Shown: piece after piece, positions 21,519-32,960 of the stretch
How positions within the stretch are numbered: position 1 is the stretch's first letter
Layout: each line of letters starts with the position of its first letter
From: Naegleria gruberi
Taxonomy: Eukaryota
Direction: 5' to 3' (one strand)
Length of the DNA: 64,000 nt
Assembly (NCBI GenBank): GCA_000004985.1
Contig: GG738899.1
The notes under the pieces: model-generated
Seen by the model: the letters and a program-made list of their open reading frames with translations, nothing else
Told to the model about the DNA's origin: nothing
Databases searched by the model: none
Made by a program: the position numbers and the translations under genes

Positions 21519-22904
21519 ATGCCAAGGATTGTGGATTCTCATCAAATACTTTTGAGTTTGATCTTGTTGGCCCTAATATTTCACATAGTAACTTGTTCAT
21601 CATCACAGCGGACACAGGATCATGAAGTGAAACGATGCATCAATTACTCACCCATCTTCTTCAATACTAAGAATATCGATGTTGCAGTGGCTTCCGAAGA
21701 AAATCACTACAAGATCCTTCTTCCCTATTTGAAACAGCATGGTGTAAATTGTATAAGATTGTACTTTACTGATTGGAGGAGGTATCATGCCGATTTCTTC
21801 AAAGTTGTGAACGAGTTACACATGAAGGTTATGATTACATTCTGGCAATACACTGATTCGACTCCAAATCTTGCAGATTCCAAGGAGAGACAAAAGACGC
21901 ATGATGATGCAGTCTTTTTGTTCAAGACAATTTCGACAGAACCTTCAGTTTTTATGATTTTCTATGGAAATGAATTGGATTTGATCTATCCCTATCAAAT
22001 TCCACTAGTTTTCGTTGCATTTCAGGAATTTATAGATTTGCAACGACAGGTAATTCCAGATCCAACGAAGAGAAAATCACTTTCTCTTCCATTATCTGAT
22101 TCTGGTTTTAATTTGAAATATGTTGCTGATTATGATTGGGTTCAAGCAGATTATAACACTTTTAACATTTATAGAGGTTCGACATTTCTTGACTTTGTGG
22201 AATCGTACAAGATGGTCAATCCGAGCAAACCTCTCATTATAGCCGAAACTGGTGCTTCTTCATACTATCAGTTTCCACATCAAATACCAAAACCTTATTA
22301 TGTTTACAATGCAAGTGATCCAAGTATTCAATTGGGAGAACGATATCAAGCCATGAATCATCAAAGAGTCTTGATGGAATATATTGCCTCTTCGGTGGTC
22401 AACCCAGGTTTATTGGATGTTTTATGTTTATTCGAAGCAACAGATGAATATTGGAAAACTTCAAATGATCTCAATCCATATTGTCAGTCAAGGGATGGTC
22501 ATTTAGCTTCAAGACAGAATACCTGCGGATATCAAAATGTTAATTACAAGGACAAGATGATTCATGAGGCATTTCTGGGTTTGATGCGTCAGGATTATTC
22601 GAAAGATGAATTTTCACTCATTCCAAAACCTTCATTCAATGTGATGAGTTTTTACTATAGAAGTATGGAGAATATCAGTCAGTGGTCATGTGAAATATCT
22701 CAGAGTGGCTGGAATTCAGACATTTTGAACACGAGAATAGTGCCAGATATTGTGTATAATGTTCCATACGAAACCTTACGATTATTTGAAACTGTATTTC
22801 AAACCAAGATTGGAGAGAAGATATTCACTTGTAAATTTAAAGGAAAAATGGAAATATTACAAGCCCTTCCTCTTAAAATGAATCTTTACAATTACCATAT
22901 ATAG
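21519..22904 (+). CDS. secreted TIM-barrel glycoside-hydrolase-like protein (461 aa), GH17/GH72-like, beta-glucan-active candidate
   Basis: True ATG followed by a signal peptide / anchor (LLSLILLALIFHIVTC). ...ILLPYLKQHGVNCIRLY..., a candidate catalytic acid in FYGNELD and a nucleophile in IIAETGASS, spaced like retaining TIM-barrel glucanases or glucanosyltransferases. May instead be the 5' exon of the downstream GT48 gene (see findings). Confidence 0.5.
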   Translation: MPRIVDSHQILLSLILLALIFHIVTCSSSQRTQDHEVKRCINYSPIFFNTKNIDVAVASEENHYKILLPYLKQHGVNCIRLYFTDWRRYHADFFKVVNELHMKVMITFWQYTDSTPNLADSKERQKTHDDAVFLFKTISTEPSVFMIFYGNELDLIYPYQIPLVFVAFQEFIDLQRQVIPDPTKRKSLSLPLSDSGFNLKYVADYDWVQADYNTFNIYRGSTFLDFVESYKMVNPSKPLIIAETGASSYYQFPHQIPKPYYVYNASDPSIQLGERYQAMNHQRVLMEYIASSVVNPGLLDVLCLFEATDEYWKTSNDLNPYCQSRDGHLASRQNTCGYQNVNYKDKMIHEAFLGLMRQDYSKDEFSLIPKPSFNVMSFYYRSMENISQWSCEISQSGWNSDILNTRIVPDIVYNVPYETLRLFETVFQTKIGEKIFTCKFKGKMEILQALPLKMNLYNYHI

Positions 22905-22939
22905 ATTTTACTGCTTTGGATGATTTTTGGAATATTTTC

Positions 22940-25900
22940 ATGCTGGTTTTATTTGTATCTTTTATAACCTATATAATTATCTATCAGGTATTAGATAGAT
23001 TGGGATTGAGTTGTAAAATTTGCTGTTCTTTCTGTAGATGCAGTGGTGGACTTTTCATTTCAGAAATTGATGGAGACTTCGATTGGAAACCAAATGAATC
23101 TCTATTAGAAAGGATACAAATACAGAATGTACTCTTTCTTGCTTACAATTTTACAGAATATCTCAAGAATATGGATCATACATTTTCTGCTCCGCAATTA
23201 TTCCAAAAATTTTACAAGAATGAAATTAATGTTGAAGGTTTAAATCAATTTTGTAGATATGAAGGCCCAAAAAGATCAACATTTGTAAGAATACTTGAAT
23301 GGTTGCTTCCAGATCCAAAAAGCTTGTTTCCCTATATGGAAACTAAATATATTAGCAACTTAAATTCAATTCCCATGACAACTTGTAATTGGATAAGACA
23401 TTTAATTTGCCATTTCAATATTTATCAGATTTTCCTCAGATTGTTGCTATTTACTATCCTTCTTAACGGAACTCCACTTATTAATTTATTAATTTACATT
23501 GACTTTTATTTTAGTTTAGGATATAAGGCAATTCAATTAATTTACATTCTCTCTTCATTTATTCCAAGAAATGGACAAAGTTTTATTGGAATGATTATAA
23601 GATTTATTAGATTCTTCGGATGGATTCAAATTGTGGAAACCATTGCCATGATTTTAGTCATTTCATTTTTTAATCATGAAAACGAAACTGTGTTACTCTA
23701 TGAATTTAATGGAGAAAGATATAATTTTATTCGATTCTTCAACTATGACGGTTTTGATATCGTGTATTCTCACAATTCTGTTATCATTCTTGTAGTCACT
23801 GTTGCTTTTGAGATTGTGAAAGAGTTTACAAAATTTGTACTTTTTTGGAAAACTAGTTTAGAAGAAAGAGGAAACAAGGTTTTGAAAATTCTTTACAATA
23901 TTTCCTTTTTCCAAACCTATCTCTTTATTCATGTACTAGGATCTGTGCTGTGGTTCAGTAGATTATTTAGTGGACTATTATCAATTAATTCGATTTGTAT
24001 TGCAAATATTGGACAAGATGAAACTATGTGTGAAATTGTGATTTTACCTTTCGTATTTTGTTTTGGGTTTATGTGCACGATTGCTATTTCTTCGTATATC
24101 TATACTTTGCTTATTATAACCATTTCGAATTTAATAACTGTTTTCGAGGGAATTAGAATTGGAAAATCGAAACCTAAAAAGGTTAAGAAACCAAAAACAA
24201 AATCTATTCAGTTGACGGAAATGGCCATAGAACGCTTGATTTTGGATGAGACACAACCACAGCAGCAAGATCACATTTTGAAAGTTTGTTATCCATCTGA
24301 TTCTCAACCAACGATTGAAAATTTAGTCAACCTGGACACACAAATTGAAAAGAGTTTTCAAGATTTTTCTGCAGCAGAAAGAGATTATTTGCAATGTATT
24401 TACAAATCTGGTCTCCAGAGATTAATTCCCTTCCAAAAGCACAAGAAAACCACGCTTGACATTGTTGTGGTTCTTTGTGCTGAACAAGTTTATTCCAAAG
24501 ATGATGAAAGTAGAACGAAATTTAAATGGATATCAGATAGATTCAAACTTGATACACTCAATAGAACACAAGATGAAATAAGAAAGATCATGTCTTTAAA
24601 GGAGCAAACCATTTACAAAACTGTGAAAGGTCTTGCGGATTTCAAGAAGGGAATGGAAGATTACTATTCTATTTTGGATTGCAATGAGGAAGACAGAATT
24701 TCAGTGAATTATTATCTTTGTTTACAAAAATATCATGGGCTAGATGAAAACTACTTCCCAAAGATCGAAGAGGACATGTCAGAAATCCAGAAAAAGAGAA
24801 TTCAATCAGAAATTGACTTTACCAACGAAATTAATGAATTATGTATGGAATTTCCATTCATTAGAAGAATATATGAAAAGCAAATATCTGATCAGTTTAT
24901 CAAGATTGAACATCTTGACAGCTATTTCAACAACTGCCAAATACTAGACTCTGTCAAACTTCAAAGGAAAATCAATTGTAAATTTTATGGAGAAGGTAAA
25001 TCCATGAACCAACTGAACAGTGCCATGTTCCTCAAGGGAAAATACATGCTCTCCCTCGACTCCAACATGGACGCTTACTATTTCGAAGGTATCAAATTCC
25101 CATGCTTGATGCAAGAAGTCATGAACTCGAAAAGTCACATTTTTGGAATGAGAACTCACACCTACACTGCTTTTACTTCTCAGGTTGGAAAGAACATGGC
25201 CTGTGCTGAGCATGTCTTTGTGGCCACATGTTACAAAGCCATGTGTCTGCTCGGCAGTAGATTGCACTATGGAAATGCCGATATTTTAGATAGAGAATTC
25301 TTTATTGAGAAGGGTTTATTTGCAGATGCGGATCGATATCTGAATTTGAGTGAGGATGTGTTTCTTGGAAAGAGATGTCTTAAATTTGGAGGAATTATTC
25401 GATACTCTGAGGGTGTTACGTTTGGTAAGGGAAGAGAAACTAACCTGAAGGAATCTGCTGGGTTCTATACAAAGATTGCTGGAGGTGCTGCCATGCAGTC
25501 GAGTTCAAGTATCGAATACGAATTGAATAGTTCATTGCCTCTTTGTATGTTGATGCCACTCTAGTGTTGGATTCTTCTCCTTGCATTTATTTATTGACAT
25601 TTCGATCATTCTAGCTCCTATTTTATACGTCTTGTTGAGCATCTTTGGGGTTTCGTATACTACATTGGATACTTTGAATTCATCATTTGCAAAAATTTGG
25701 GTTCTTCCATTCTACCTTGTCACTTTACTTCCACTCGTGCTGGAAAGCTTAGTTCAGGGCTACAGCTATGCTAACTGGGTTGATTACCTTCTCTCTTTCC
25801 CATTCTTTGCTTTCATTGACAGATTAATGTCATACAGTTATTTGACAGGAACATTTTTAGAGAAGGTGACCTATGTATCAACCGCCAGAGAAACTGGCCA

Positions 25901-26714
25901 CGCTCCAGCCAATGTTCATGACCTGATGCACAGCTACTACTTTACTACATTCAGAAGTTGTCTATTCCAATTGGTTACCTTCTTAATTTTCATTCAAGTT
26001 ATGGGAATTGATAAGATTTTATACATTGGCTTACCGATACTCAATTGGGCAAGTTGTTTGGTAGCTCCATTCCTATTCGAAAACCTAAAAATTTCTCATT
26101 TACATGATTGGCTAGATATTAAGAATGATTTACTCAAACAATGGAATGAATTCTATGCCGAATCATTTTATGAAGGAAATGTCAAGAAAAATAAGCATTT
26201 TCTATTGAAATGGTTCAATTATGGAAGATTGAGGATGCTGAAGTATGTTTATCCAATTATATTCCAAATGGCATTGCTGTATCCTATTTGCTATGTGTCT
26301 GTTTTGACTATTGCATCGGATTTCCAAGAAAAGACAAAGACAAATGCCTATTTTTGGTTTGTTATGACTTCTCCTTTCCAATTCATTTTGGGAATTACCT
26401 TATCTGTTAGATTATTGAAATCCAAACACAAAATATTTGGTTTCTTAATGTTGGTCAGTGAGGCAATCTTATTCTTTTTTGAATCCATTAATGGTGGTGG
26501 TTTCATTACGCTGTCAAAAGTCTTTTTAGGAATCCACAGTCTTTTCATTATCATGTCAGTGTTTTACATTTTGGTTTTGTTTATGGATTTGATTTGGAAA
26601 TCTGGAAGATTGTACCTTGAAGCTGAATTCTTTATTGTGAAACTCATAACCTATCCAGCTCTATTATTTGCCGTTGGAGTTCAAGTCATTTCGAGAGGAG
26701 TCCACAATATGTAA
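22940..26714 (+). CDS. compact GT48 1,3-beta-glucan (callose) synthase, FKS-like. Exon 22940 (first in-frame ATG; frame open from 22877) to 25544, intron 25545-25614, exon 25615-26714
   Basis: N-terminal ~6-7 TM helices, then a cytosolic domain with FKS catalytic-region signatures (RLHYGNADILD, LNLSEDVFLGKR...GG.IRYSE, FGKGRE, FYTKIAGGAAMQ). The 70-nt intron GTATGT...CTAG has length 1 mod 3. It joins the catalytic domain in frame to a C-terminal multi-TM bundle containing YVSTARETGHAP (compare FKS YISTGRGFATSRIPF). The downstream track ORF at 25581 starts at TTG and is this exon. Confidence 0.7.
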
Positions 26715-26850
26715 ACGTTTTTAAATTTATGCCCAATTCCACAATGCTATCTTCCTTAAGCTCTTCAGGTAATTGAAAAACCTAAATTTATTTAATTGTT
26801 TAATTAACACCCTGAATAGTAGTGAATATATTGGAAAGATCAATACCAAG

Positions 26851-27951
26851 TTAAACCATTTGATGAGTCATTGGAATGGTAGATGTGGAAAATTGTGGCA
26901 TGAATTGATCTACAAGTATTACTCCTCTATTTCTGAAAAATTCCCTCATATAAGTAGCTCCACTCATCACATCATCTGGAGTCAACTCGAGTGGCTTTGA
27001 AATATTCACCTTCTTTCCATCCTTACTAATCAAAGAAAGGCAAAAATCTGGTTTCTTTCCATCAGAAATCTTGTGAGCTCTAATATCATGAATTTGATCG
27101 TATGGAATTGAATAGGTTGAGAAAATGAAATGTTCTCTCAAATATCTAGCTCTACTTGTCATTCTTACTTCTCTCTTTTCATCATCAAATTCAATAATTG
27201 TAATCTTTTCATAATAAACAATCAAAAATAGAGCAATTGGAGCTGTTACAATGTAAATACCTGCCAAAATAGCCAAACTCAACACCAAAATAATGCACAA
27301 TATGACCATCAATATGAGAACTCCCTCTCCATCACAATTCCAACCGCTACCTGAACAACAATCTGTACAGGAACAGCAGCCACCACAACAACCTCCACAG
27401 CAACCACCTCTAGATCTGGAAGTGGCAGCTACAGCAATTGCAGCTTTTTGATTGGATGTCAAATTTGTTCCATTACCATTGGTTGACAAATCTTCAGATG
27501 GAAGCATTGTAATGTGTGAAATTTGGTTTTTCAAACTGCAAACTCTGAAACAACCAAGAGTTGCACAAAACAAGTAAGTGAGCATGCTGTCTTGATTTTG
27601 CAAGATTAATTCATGTAGAGAGGATGACTTTTGACTGATGAGATTTTGGAAAGTTGTGGTTGTCAACTTTTGCTTACCATTCATCATCACATTATTTGCA
27701 GCAACTGGTGGCATTGTCGGTAAAGGTTGTTGCTGTTGTTGAATCATGACAGGTGGTTGATAGATTTGTTGTTGAACATTTGGAATTGTTTGTGGAGAAT
27801 AGTTTACATTCGGTTGTTGATTAGGATATTGTTGTTGAGAATAGTTTACAATTGGTTGATGAAAATTCGGATTATAGACTTTTTCAACATGTTGATAGGA
27901 AGCAGTGGTTGGCTCGACAAATGGTTTGCTGTTTGGGTCTTGTTGTTGCAT
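26851..27951 (-). CDS. P/Q-rich protein with a (GGCC)n cysteine cluster adjacent to a TM helix, plus a C-terminal globular domain (366 aa)
   Basis: True ATG. N-terminal Q/P/N-rich low complexity with PPxY-like motifs. RGGCCGGCCGGCCSCTDCCSGSGWNCDG, then a hydrophobic helix (LILMVILCIILVLSLAILAGIYIV). No family call. Confidence 0.45.
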   Translation of the reverse strand: MQQQDPNSKPFVEPTTASYQHVEKVYNPNFHQPIVNYSQQQYPNQQPNVNYSPQTIPNVQQQIYQPPVMIQQQQQPLPTMPPVAANNVMMNGKQKLTTTTFQNLISQKSSSLHELILQNQDSMLTYLFCATLGCFRVCSLKNQISHITMLPSEDLSTNGNGTNLTSNQKAAIAVAATSRSRGGCCGGCCGGCCSCTDCCSGSGWNCDGEGVLILMVILCIILVLSLAILAGIYIVTAPIALFLIVYYEKITIIEFDDEKREVRMTSRARYLREHFIFSTYSIPYDQIHDIRAHKISDGKKPDFCLSLISKDGKKVNISKPLELTPDDVMSGATYMREFFRNRGVILVDQFMPQFSTSTIPMTHQMV

Positions 27952-28447
27952 GACAGATTGATGTTTGACTTTTTTTATGAAAGAAAATCAAGTAATTGCG
28001 AGTGAATATTGTGAAATCAAGCCAAACATTGCGCTCCTCCTCTTGGTTGACTTTCCAAATATCGATTCTAATAACATTCAAAGATCTTCTGATTTGGAAT
28101 TATCATTCCACTAACCTTCCACACATGATGAAAATTTGATATTCAAATGTTCATCCAAATTGCATTAAGCTTCCACCTCCACAATAAATGGAACAAATTT
28201 CTGATTGCAAATTAATTTTCAAGCTTTGAGCTTTATAAATTTTGATCCACAAAAAAAACTTGATACAATAGTGGATTTGGTTTGGATAATTACATCATCA
28301 TTTCAACAATTGGAAGTGCTTGAGAGTGTATCATATATTCTTCAGTTAGAACGGTTGTTATTCTGTTTTTGTTTTGATTTTCATACACTTCAACAATTTG
28401 TTGCGAAATTCATTTTAATAAAAATTTACAAATAAAAATCAAAAAAA

Positions 28448-29503
28448 ATGTCCAAATTTGAACTTGAGAATGAATTGTACGAAGCCTTGAAAAAAACACA
28501 AAACAAGGGAGGTGAAGATGATCAACCAACAACAACATTTGCAGAAGAAAATGATGATGCGGAATATGAAGATGATGAAGAATATGATGATGAAGATTTC
28601 GGAGAAGAAGAATATGAAGAAGAAGTTGTAGAAATTAGTGAGAATGAAATGTTAGCCTTGTTGGATCAACAACAAGATCCTTTTGAAGTTTGTCAACAAA
28701 TCTTTGATAAGGAAAAATTATTTGAAGCAAATCCCGAACAAGTCTTGATTGAACCAAATGTAACTGTTCAACATTTTAGAGATTTATATAATAATGGTTA
28801 TGTTGTGGTGGATAATTTCATTCCTTTTGAACAAGCTCAAGAAATTCATGATTTGGCAAAGAAACTTTCACATACTTTTAAACCAGCTTGTGAAATGAAG
28901 ATGAGTTATGAAGATGAAGCAGAGGATACTTTTAGAGATAATACAGCAAGAAGTGATGTGATTCGTTGGTTGCATCCTAAGGATTTTACTTCTGAATTGA
29001 CTGATGAAAGCAAAAAGACATCCCTATCATGTTGTTGTACTGATAGCAGTGAAGATATTATACAATGGAAGGGAAATGAAACTTTGAGAGGAGTTGTTCT
29101 TAACAAGTTTAAAGTCATTCAAAAGAAAATCAATGAATTTGCACCTTGTGTTAAATATGATGATGCTAAAATGGAATTAATGTGGAGCTTGTATAAATCT
29201 CATGGAACTTACTATGAAAAACACAGAGATTCATTCCCAAGCAATGGAAAGGATGAAGGTCCATTGGATCAACGTAAAGTAACTGCCCTCCTCTATATGA
29301 ATACTGAATGGAAAGATGAATCAGATGGTGGCCAATTGAAGATTTTCATCAAACCAGAAAATGCATCCAAACACACTGAAAGAACAACCAAGCTCATTAA
29401 CCCAACTGCTGGTCGTTTAGTTTTATTCTTGAGTGGTGCTCTTGATCATGAAGTGATGGCTTCTTTTAAGGACAGAGTAGCCCTTACTTCTTGGTTGTCA
29501 TAA
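28448..29503 (+). CDS. 2-oxoglutarate/Fe(II)-dependent dioxygenase, prolyl-4-hydroxylase-like, with an acidic N-terminal region (351 aa)
   Basis: True ATG. D/E-rich N-terminus. HxD (YYEKHRDSF) ... GGQLKIF ... NPTAGRLVLFLSGALDHEV matches the P4H / 2OG-oxygenase jelly-roll motifs (HxD...H, RxS). Confidence 0.65.
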   Translation: MSKFELENELYEALKKTQNKGGEDDQPTTTFAEENDDAEYEDDEEYDDEDFGEEEYEEEVVEISENEMLALLDQQQDPFEVCQQIFDKEKLFEANPEQVLIEPNVTVQHFRDLYNNGYVVVDNFIPFEQAQEIHDLAKKLSHTFKPACEMKMSYEDEAEDTFRDNTARSDVIRWLHPKDFTSELTDESKKTSLSCCCTDSSEDIIQWKGNETLRGVVLNKFKVIQKKINEFAPCVKYDDAKMELMWSLYKSHGTYYEKHRDSFPSNGKDEGPLDQRKVTALLYMNTEWKDESDGGQLKIFIKPENASKHTERTTKLINPTAGRLVLFLSGALDHEVMASFKDRVALTSWLS

Positions 29504-29537
29504 ATTTCGCAATTTCTCTAAAGGTGTTTATTTGTAA

Positions 29538-29968
29538 TTACCAACTGGATTGATATTTGAATATGGTATCGTCTGGATAATTCTTAATAGTATCAGAGAT
29601 GAGTTGAACAGTTTGCTTGACATCACCAAAATAATACTCATCATACTGAGTACCTCCAAAGAAAAAGCCTGATCTTGTTGGAAGAAGGAAACTAGCCTTT
29701 GAATGATCTTCATCAACTTGTGTTAAAACACTCAACAATGATTTTAAATGTTGAATTGTTACAGGATATTCGTTGCAATCATCCTCACCACCTAAACATG
29801 ATTCCGATAGGGCAGAGATCAATATGAATCGAATAGAAATTCAGAAATGAATTACGTGAGTGATAACAAACCTTGAACATTCTCAACAAACCAAGCATGG
29901 AGAGCATTAAACTTTCTCCAGTAGGCCACTTCCACTTCTCCAAGAGCCAAAAACATATCCAGACCCAT
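29538..29968 (-). CDS. small conserved-looking protein, 2 exons (29872-29968 and 29538-29791), ~126 aa
   Basis: ATG at 29968. Donor GTTTGT at 29871 and acceptor TTTAG ending at 29792 (80-nt intron, phase 1). The join creates MGLDMFLALGEVEVAYWRKFNALHAWFVENVQ-G-GEDDCNEYPVTIQ.... The downstream track ORF begins at TTG. Confidence 0.4.
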
Positions 29969-30123
29969 GTTGGTGTATTTTTTTCTATTTTGTTTTTATC
30001 TAAGCGAGAGTTGAAATTGCATTTCAAGCCTCATAATTGTGTGATGAGTTTAGAACGAAGGCTTTGCCTTGTTGATAAACAAGCCTTTGGAAGAATTATT
30101 CTTTGAAATAAATCGAATAGAGA

Positions 30124-30996
30124 TTAATCAGAACTATTTATTCTAGCTCGGAGCTTCTTTACTCTTTTCCTCAATTTGATTGGTTTTGTAATTCTATTTT
30201 CCACATCGGACTTGATTTTAGTCTTCTTTACAATAGTTTCTGATTCCTTATCTTCATTTTCAAGTTTGATTCGAGTGTTTGCATATATAGCGTCAGAACT
30301 AGTAGTTGTACCTTGTGTATTAGTGTCATTGGTAGTATTAGTATTATTATTAAACTTAACATTGTTAGTACTATTACCAGCTTGAATATTGTTCAGGCTA
30401 ATACTATTATCATTACTAATTGTATTGTTGCTGTTGCTATTTGTAATAGTATTAGTGTTATTAACCCTATTAGTAGTATTATCAGCTTGAATAGTATTCA
30501 GGCCAATGCTATTATCATTATTACTAATTGTATTGTTATTGCTAGTTGTAATAGTATTAAAATTATTAAATAATTCCTGTCGTGGTTGAATATTAACTTT
30601 AGGTTTGATAGAATAAGTAACTCCATCAACATTAACCAAGCAAGAAATAGGTTTATCCGATGAGAGTGAAATATCCATCATTGAAGTTGATATCATCACT
30701 TGATGTTGTTGTTTCTCCACAGTAGCACCATCACTTATCTGCATACTACTATTGAACGGTGTCAATGCCGGTGCTGATGGTGCTGATGATGATGAAGGAA
30801 TTAATATGTTGCTATCATCAACATTATTAATTCTTGATGATGAACGTGTTGGACGTGGTTTTCTCTTCTTCTTCAATATCTGTTCTTCGTAGAGTTTAAC
30901 AAGATGAGCCTTTAGATGGGCTCCTTTAGGAATTTCAATATTATTCTCTTCAAGAATTTCCTTCAAACCAGCAACAGTGTAACCATTCGCATCCAT
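30124..30996 (-). CDS. SAP-domain protein with an Asn/Thr-rich tandem-repeat region (290 aa)
   Basis: True ATG. N-terminal YTVAGLKEILEENNIEIPKGAHLKAHLVKLYEEQ matches the SAP helix-turn-helix motif. The middle contains two ~100-nt in-frame tandem copies encoding N/T/S-rich sequence. Confidence 0.55.
   Translation of the reverse strand: MDANGYTVAGLKEILEENNIEIPKGAHLKAHLVKLYEEQILKKKRKPRPTRSSSRINNVDDSNILIPSSSSAPSAPALTPFNSSMQISDGATVEKQQHQVMISTSMMDISLSSDKPISCLVNVDGVTYSIKPKVNIQPRQELFNNFNTITTSNNNTISNNDNSIGLNTIQADNTTNRVNNTNTITNSNSNNTISNDNSISLNNIQAGNSTNNVKFNNNTNTTNDTNTQGTTTSSDAIYANTRIKLENEDKESETIVKKTKIKSDVENRITKPIKLRKRVKKLRARINSSD
30370..30575. repeat. ~100-bp tandem duplication (2 copies, ~85% identical) inside the coding sequence of the SAP-domain gene
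   Basis: ACCAGCTTGAATATTGTTCAGGCTAATACTATTATCATTACTAATTGTATTGTTGCTGTTGCTATTTGTAATAGTATTAGTGTTATTAAC is repeated with substitutions. It stays in frame on the minus strand. Confidence 0.7.
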
Positions 30997-31282
30997 TCTT
31001 TGTATTTTTTAAACATCATAGAATTTCAGGGTTGTTTAACCACACTAGTGATTTGCCCACTTCCTAATAGGTAAGTTGGCCCTGTGGTAAAACTTGTCCG
31101 TGTTCTTGCTGTGGTATTGTAGATTCACTTCACCTCTTGATTACGCAGTCATTCAAGTGTGCTCGTGTTGCACGGGAGAAATTCATATTTTTTTTAAATA
31201 AAACTGGTTGGCGATTTACTTAATTATTATGTACAATTAGGGATTATGCAACAATTTCAAGACCATTTAGATTATTTGAACA

Positions 31283-32786
31283 TTATCTTCGTCTAGGTTG
31301 TGGACCATCTCCACTGACACCACTCAAATTAAGCCCAGAGTTTGTACCCATTTGCCTCATTATTCCATTCCAATCTAAATGTTCCAATTCATTATTTCTG
31401 AATGTGTTGAATGCATCTTGAATTTTGGAAGATTTCTTTCTAATTATATTGGGATGATTAGTGCTTTGAAATTGCTTGTAATTGTCCAATAGCTCAACTA
31501 CATCTTTCGAATTCTTTCCACTCCCTCTTGCTATTCTCAGAATTCTTGATTGCATGTCGGATAACTTTGTAAAATCAGCACAATCCAACTCAGTTTCATT
31601 CATAGAGCCCATGATAGTCAAGTATTTCTTTACCTTATATTCTTGACCTTCTATTTTTGGGAATTCACTAAATCCAAATATCATTGACAATACACGCGAT
31701 GGTGGTCCCATGTTCACAATTGAAAGTAGTTGTTCTTTCAAATCCCTCATTGTAAAAACTCCATTTATGGGAAGTGAAGAGTTGAGTACTGAAATTTCAG
31801 TACTGTCACTAGCTTGTGGAACTGCACCGAATAGTATTGTGTAATTTCCCTCTCCCAACAATCTAGAAACAAAACCTTCAACTTCAAATGGTTGCAAACT
31901 ATCATAATATTCACCTGTGCCAATAAAGCTGATTGGTGTCTTGGTTGCAGCAATTGCACTCAAGGCACCTCCACCCTTAGAATGACCATCCAATTTAGTA
32001 AGAATGATACTCCCAAGGGTTGGTATTCTGGATTTGAAAGTAGTTACTTGTTCTTTGATGCTCTGACCTATCTTACTATCCATCACGAGAATAATGTCAT
32101 TTGGAGTTATTGCTTCTGAGATTAGTTTCATTTCTTCAAAAAGTGATTCTTCTTGTATGGTTCTTGCAGAAGTGTCAACAATTATCAAGTCATAATTTTC
32201 TTTTTTAAATGTTTCGACACCATCTTTTGCAATTTTGATGGGATCAGTTTCAAATACATTACCATAAAAGGGAATGGTATCTCTTAATGAATTATGTCTC
32301 AGACTATCAAATGCTCCAGTACGAAATGTATTTGAGTTTACTATTGCACATTTGAAACCTTTCTTTTTATAAAACATTGCAAATTTGCTCGCTGTTGTTG
32401 TTTTACCAGCTCCTCGTAAACCTATTTCAGTAAAATATTAATCGAATCTCTGTAAATTCTCAAAACTTACCAATAAATAAAATGACATTTTGCTTTCCCT
32501 TGACAGGTTTGATCGCTTTCACTCCTGGATCAAATAATTTACACAATTCCTTCTTAAGTATTCGTTTTATATTTTTTTTTCTATTGACATCTTGTGACAT
32601 GTTATCCAATTCTTCTTTAATTCCATTGTAAACCTGCACCACTTGTTCACAATTCACATCAGCTTCCAAAAGTGCCTTACTAATCTCTTTCAAAAATTTA
32701 TTAACACTTTTATCATCCATAACACTTTGGGAATGTATTGTTAAAAGTGCGTTTGAAAGTTGGGAGCTCAATTCTGACAAAATCAT
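31283..32786 (-). CDS. SRP54: signal recognition particle 54-kDa protein (SRP54), 2 exons (32471-32786 and 31283-32421), 484 aa
   Basis: N domain (KELCKLFDPGVKA..KGKQNVILFIG). Donor GTAAGT at 32470 and acceptor AATAG ending at 32422 (49-nt intron, phase 1). Then the G domain GLRGAGKTTTASKFA, ILTKLDGHSKGGGALSAIAATKTPISFIGTGE and a Met-rich M domain. Confidence 0.9.
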
Positions 32787-32960
32787 TTTTTTGCTTTTTT
32801 TTTTAAAAAGGTTAAAAATAGAGAGAATTTGTTTTCAATTGATTTTAAGAGATTTTACAATGACGTCAACCAAAGGAGCAGAATTTCAAGTTACCGAATA
32901 GATTCCGAAATGGAAAGATTTGAAATTTTGATTAAATTTAAATAAATTTAATTAAAAAAA

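Noticed and set aside
25581-26714. Track ORF called as an independent 377-aa gene
   Set aside because: It starts at TTG, not ATG, and has an in-frame TGA 10 codons upstream. A 70-nt GTATGT...AG intron of the correct length class (1 mod 3) joins it to the GT48 catalytic domain, and the joined sequence continues the FKS homology.
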